Assembly (NCBI GenBank): GCA_963666975.2
Contig: CAXVYR010000003.1
Coordinates: forward strand, 800,001-864,000
From: Terriglobia bacterium
GTDB taxonomy: Bacteria; Acidobacteriota; Terriglobia; 2-12-FULL-54-10
Direction: 5' to 3'
DNA: 64,000 nt
Positions 63,900-64,000 of this stretch are shown here, piece by piece. Each line of letters begins with the position of its first letter. The first letter of the stretch is position 1. The notes under the pieces were generated by a model. The model did not search any database and had not been told where the DNA came from. It worked only from the letters and a program-made list of their open reading frames with translations. A program made the translations under genes and the position numbers.

Positions 63900-63945
63900 G
63901 CGAACAAATATCAAATAAATAGCGAACAAATAGCGTAATTATATT
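63900..63945 (-). promoter_or_regulatory. 11-bp-period direct repeat, LexA (GAAC-N7-GAAC)-like, upstream of the integrase
   Basis: CGAACAAATAT/CAAATAAATAG/CGAACAAATAG/CGTAATTATAT. Confidence 0.5.
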
Positions 63946-64000
63946 ATAACATGTTTAGGCCAATGAACAAGCAGTGTACGTCGTCAGATAATGTGAGGGT

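Overview
GC-rich bacterial chromosome segment, most consistent with Acidobacteriota. This is an inference from the acidobacterial-type TonB receptor, a TIGR03437-like relic and a PGN-type EF-P. The housekeeping backbone includes gap, pgk, gpmI, eno, rpsU, mtaB, acpS, rlmN, purB, efp, nadE, rdgB and ssrA. Several accessory insertions interrupt it. (1) A 1126-aa protein with coiled-coil, HEPN (RxxxxH), STAND/NB-ARC and TPR regions, bracketed by two directly oriented copies of a MITE-like element; this is the best candidate for an undescribed mobile antiviral system. (2) A GIY-YIG nuclease flanked by inverted REP-like repeats, with an orphan gene between direct copies of the repeat. (3) A defence/TA islet between eno and gpmI with integron-cassette-like scars, a SIR2-like gene, a RelE/ParE-type pair and a dead PemK. 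(4) An NYN gene with a structured leader and a G12 tract. (5) An integrase beside the tmRNA 3' end, with a G8 frameshift and a LexA-like direct repeat. Nested MITE/REP structures and many short tandem duplications, several of them frameshifting genes, occur across the window. All family calls come from motif recognition by eye; no searches were run.
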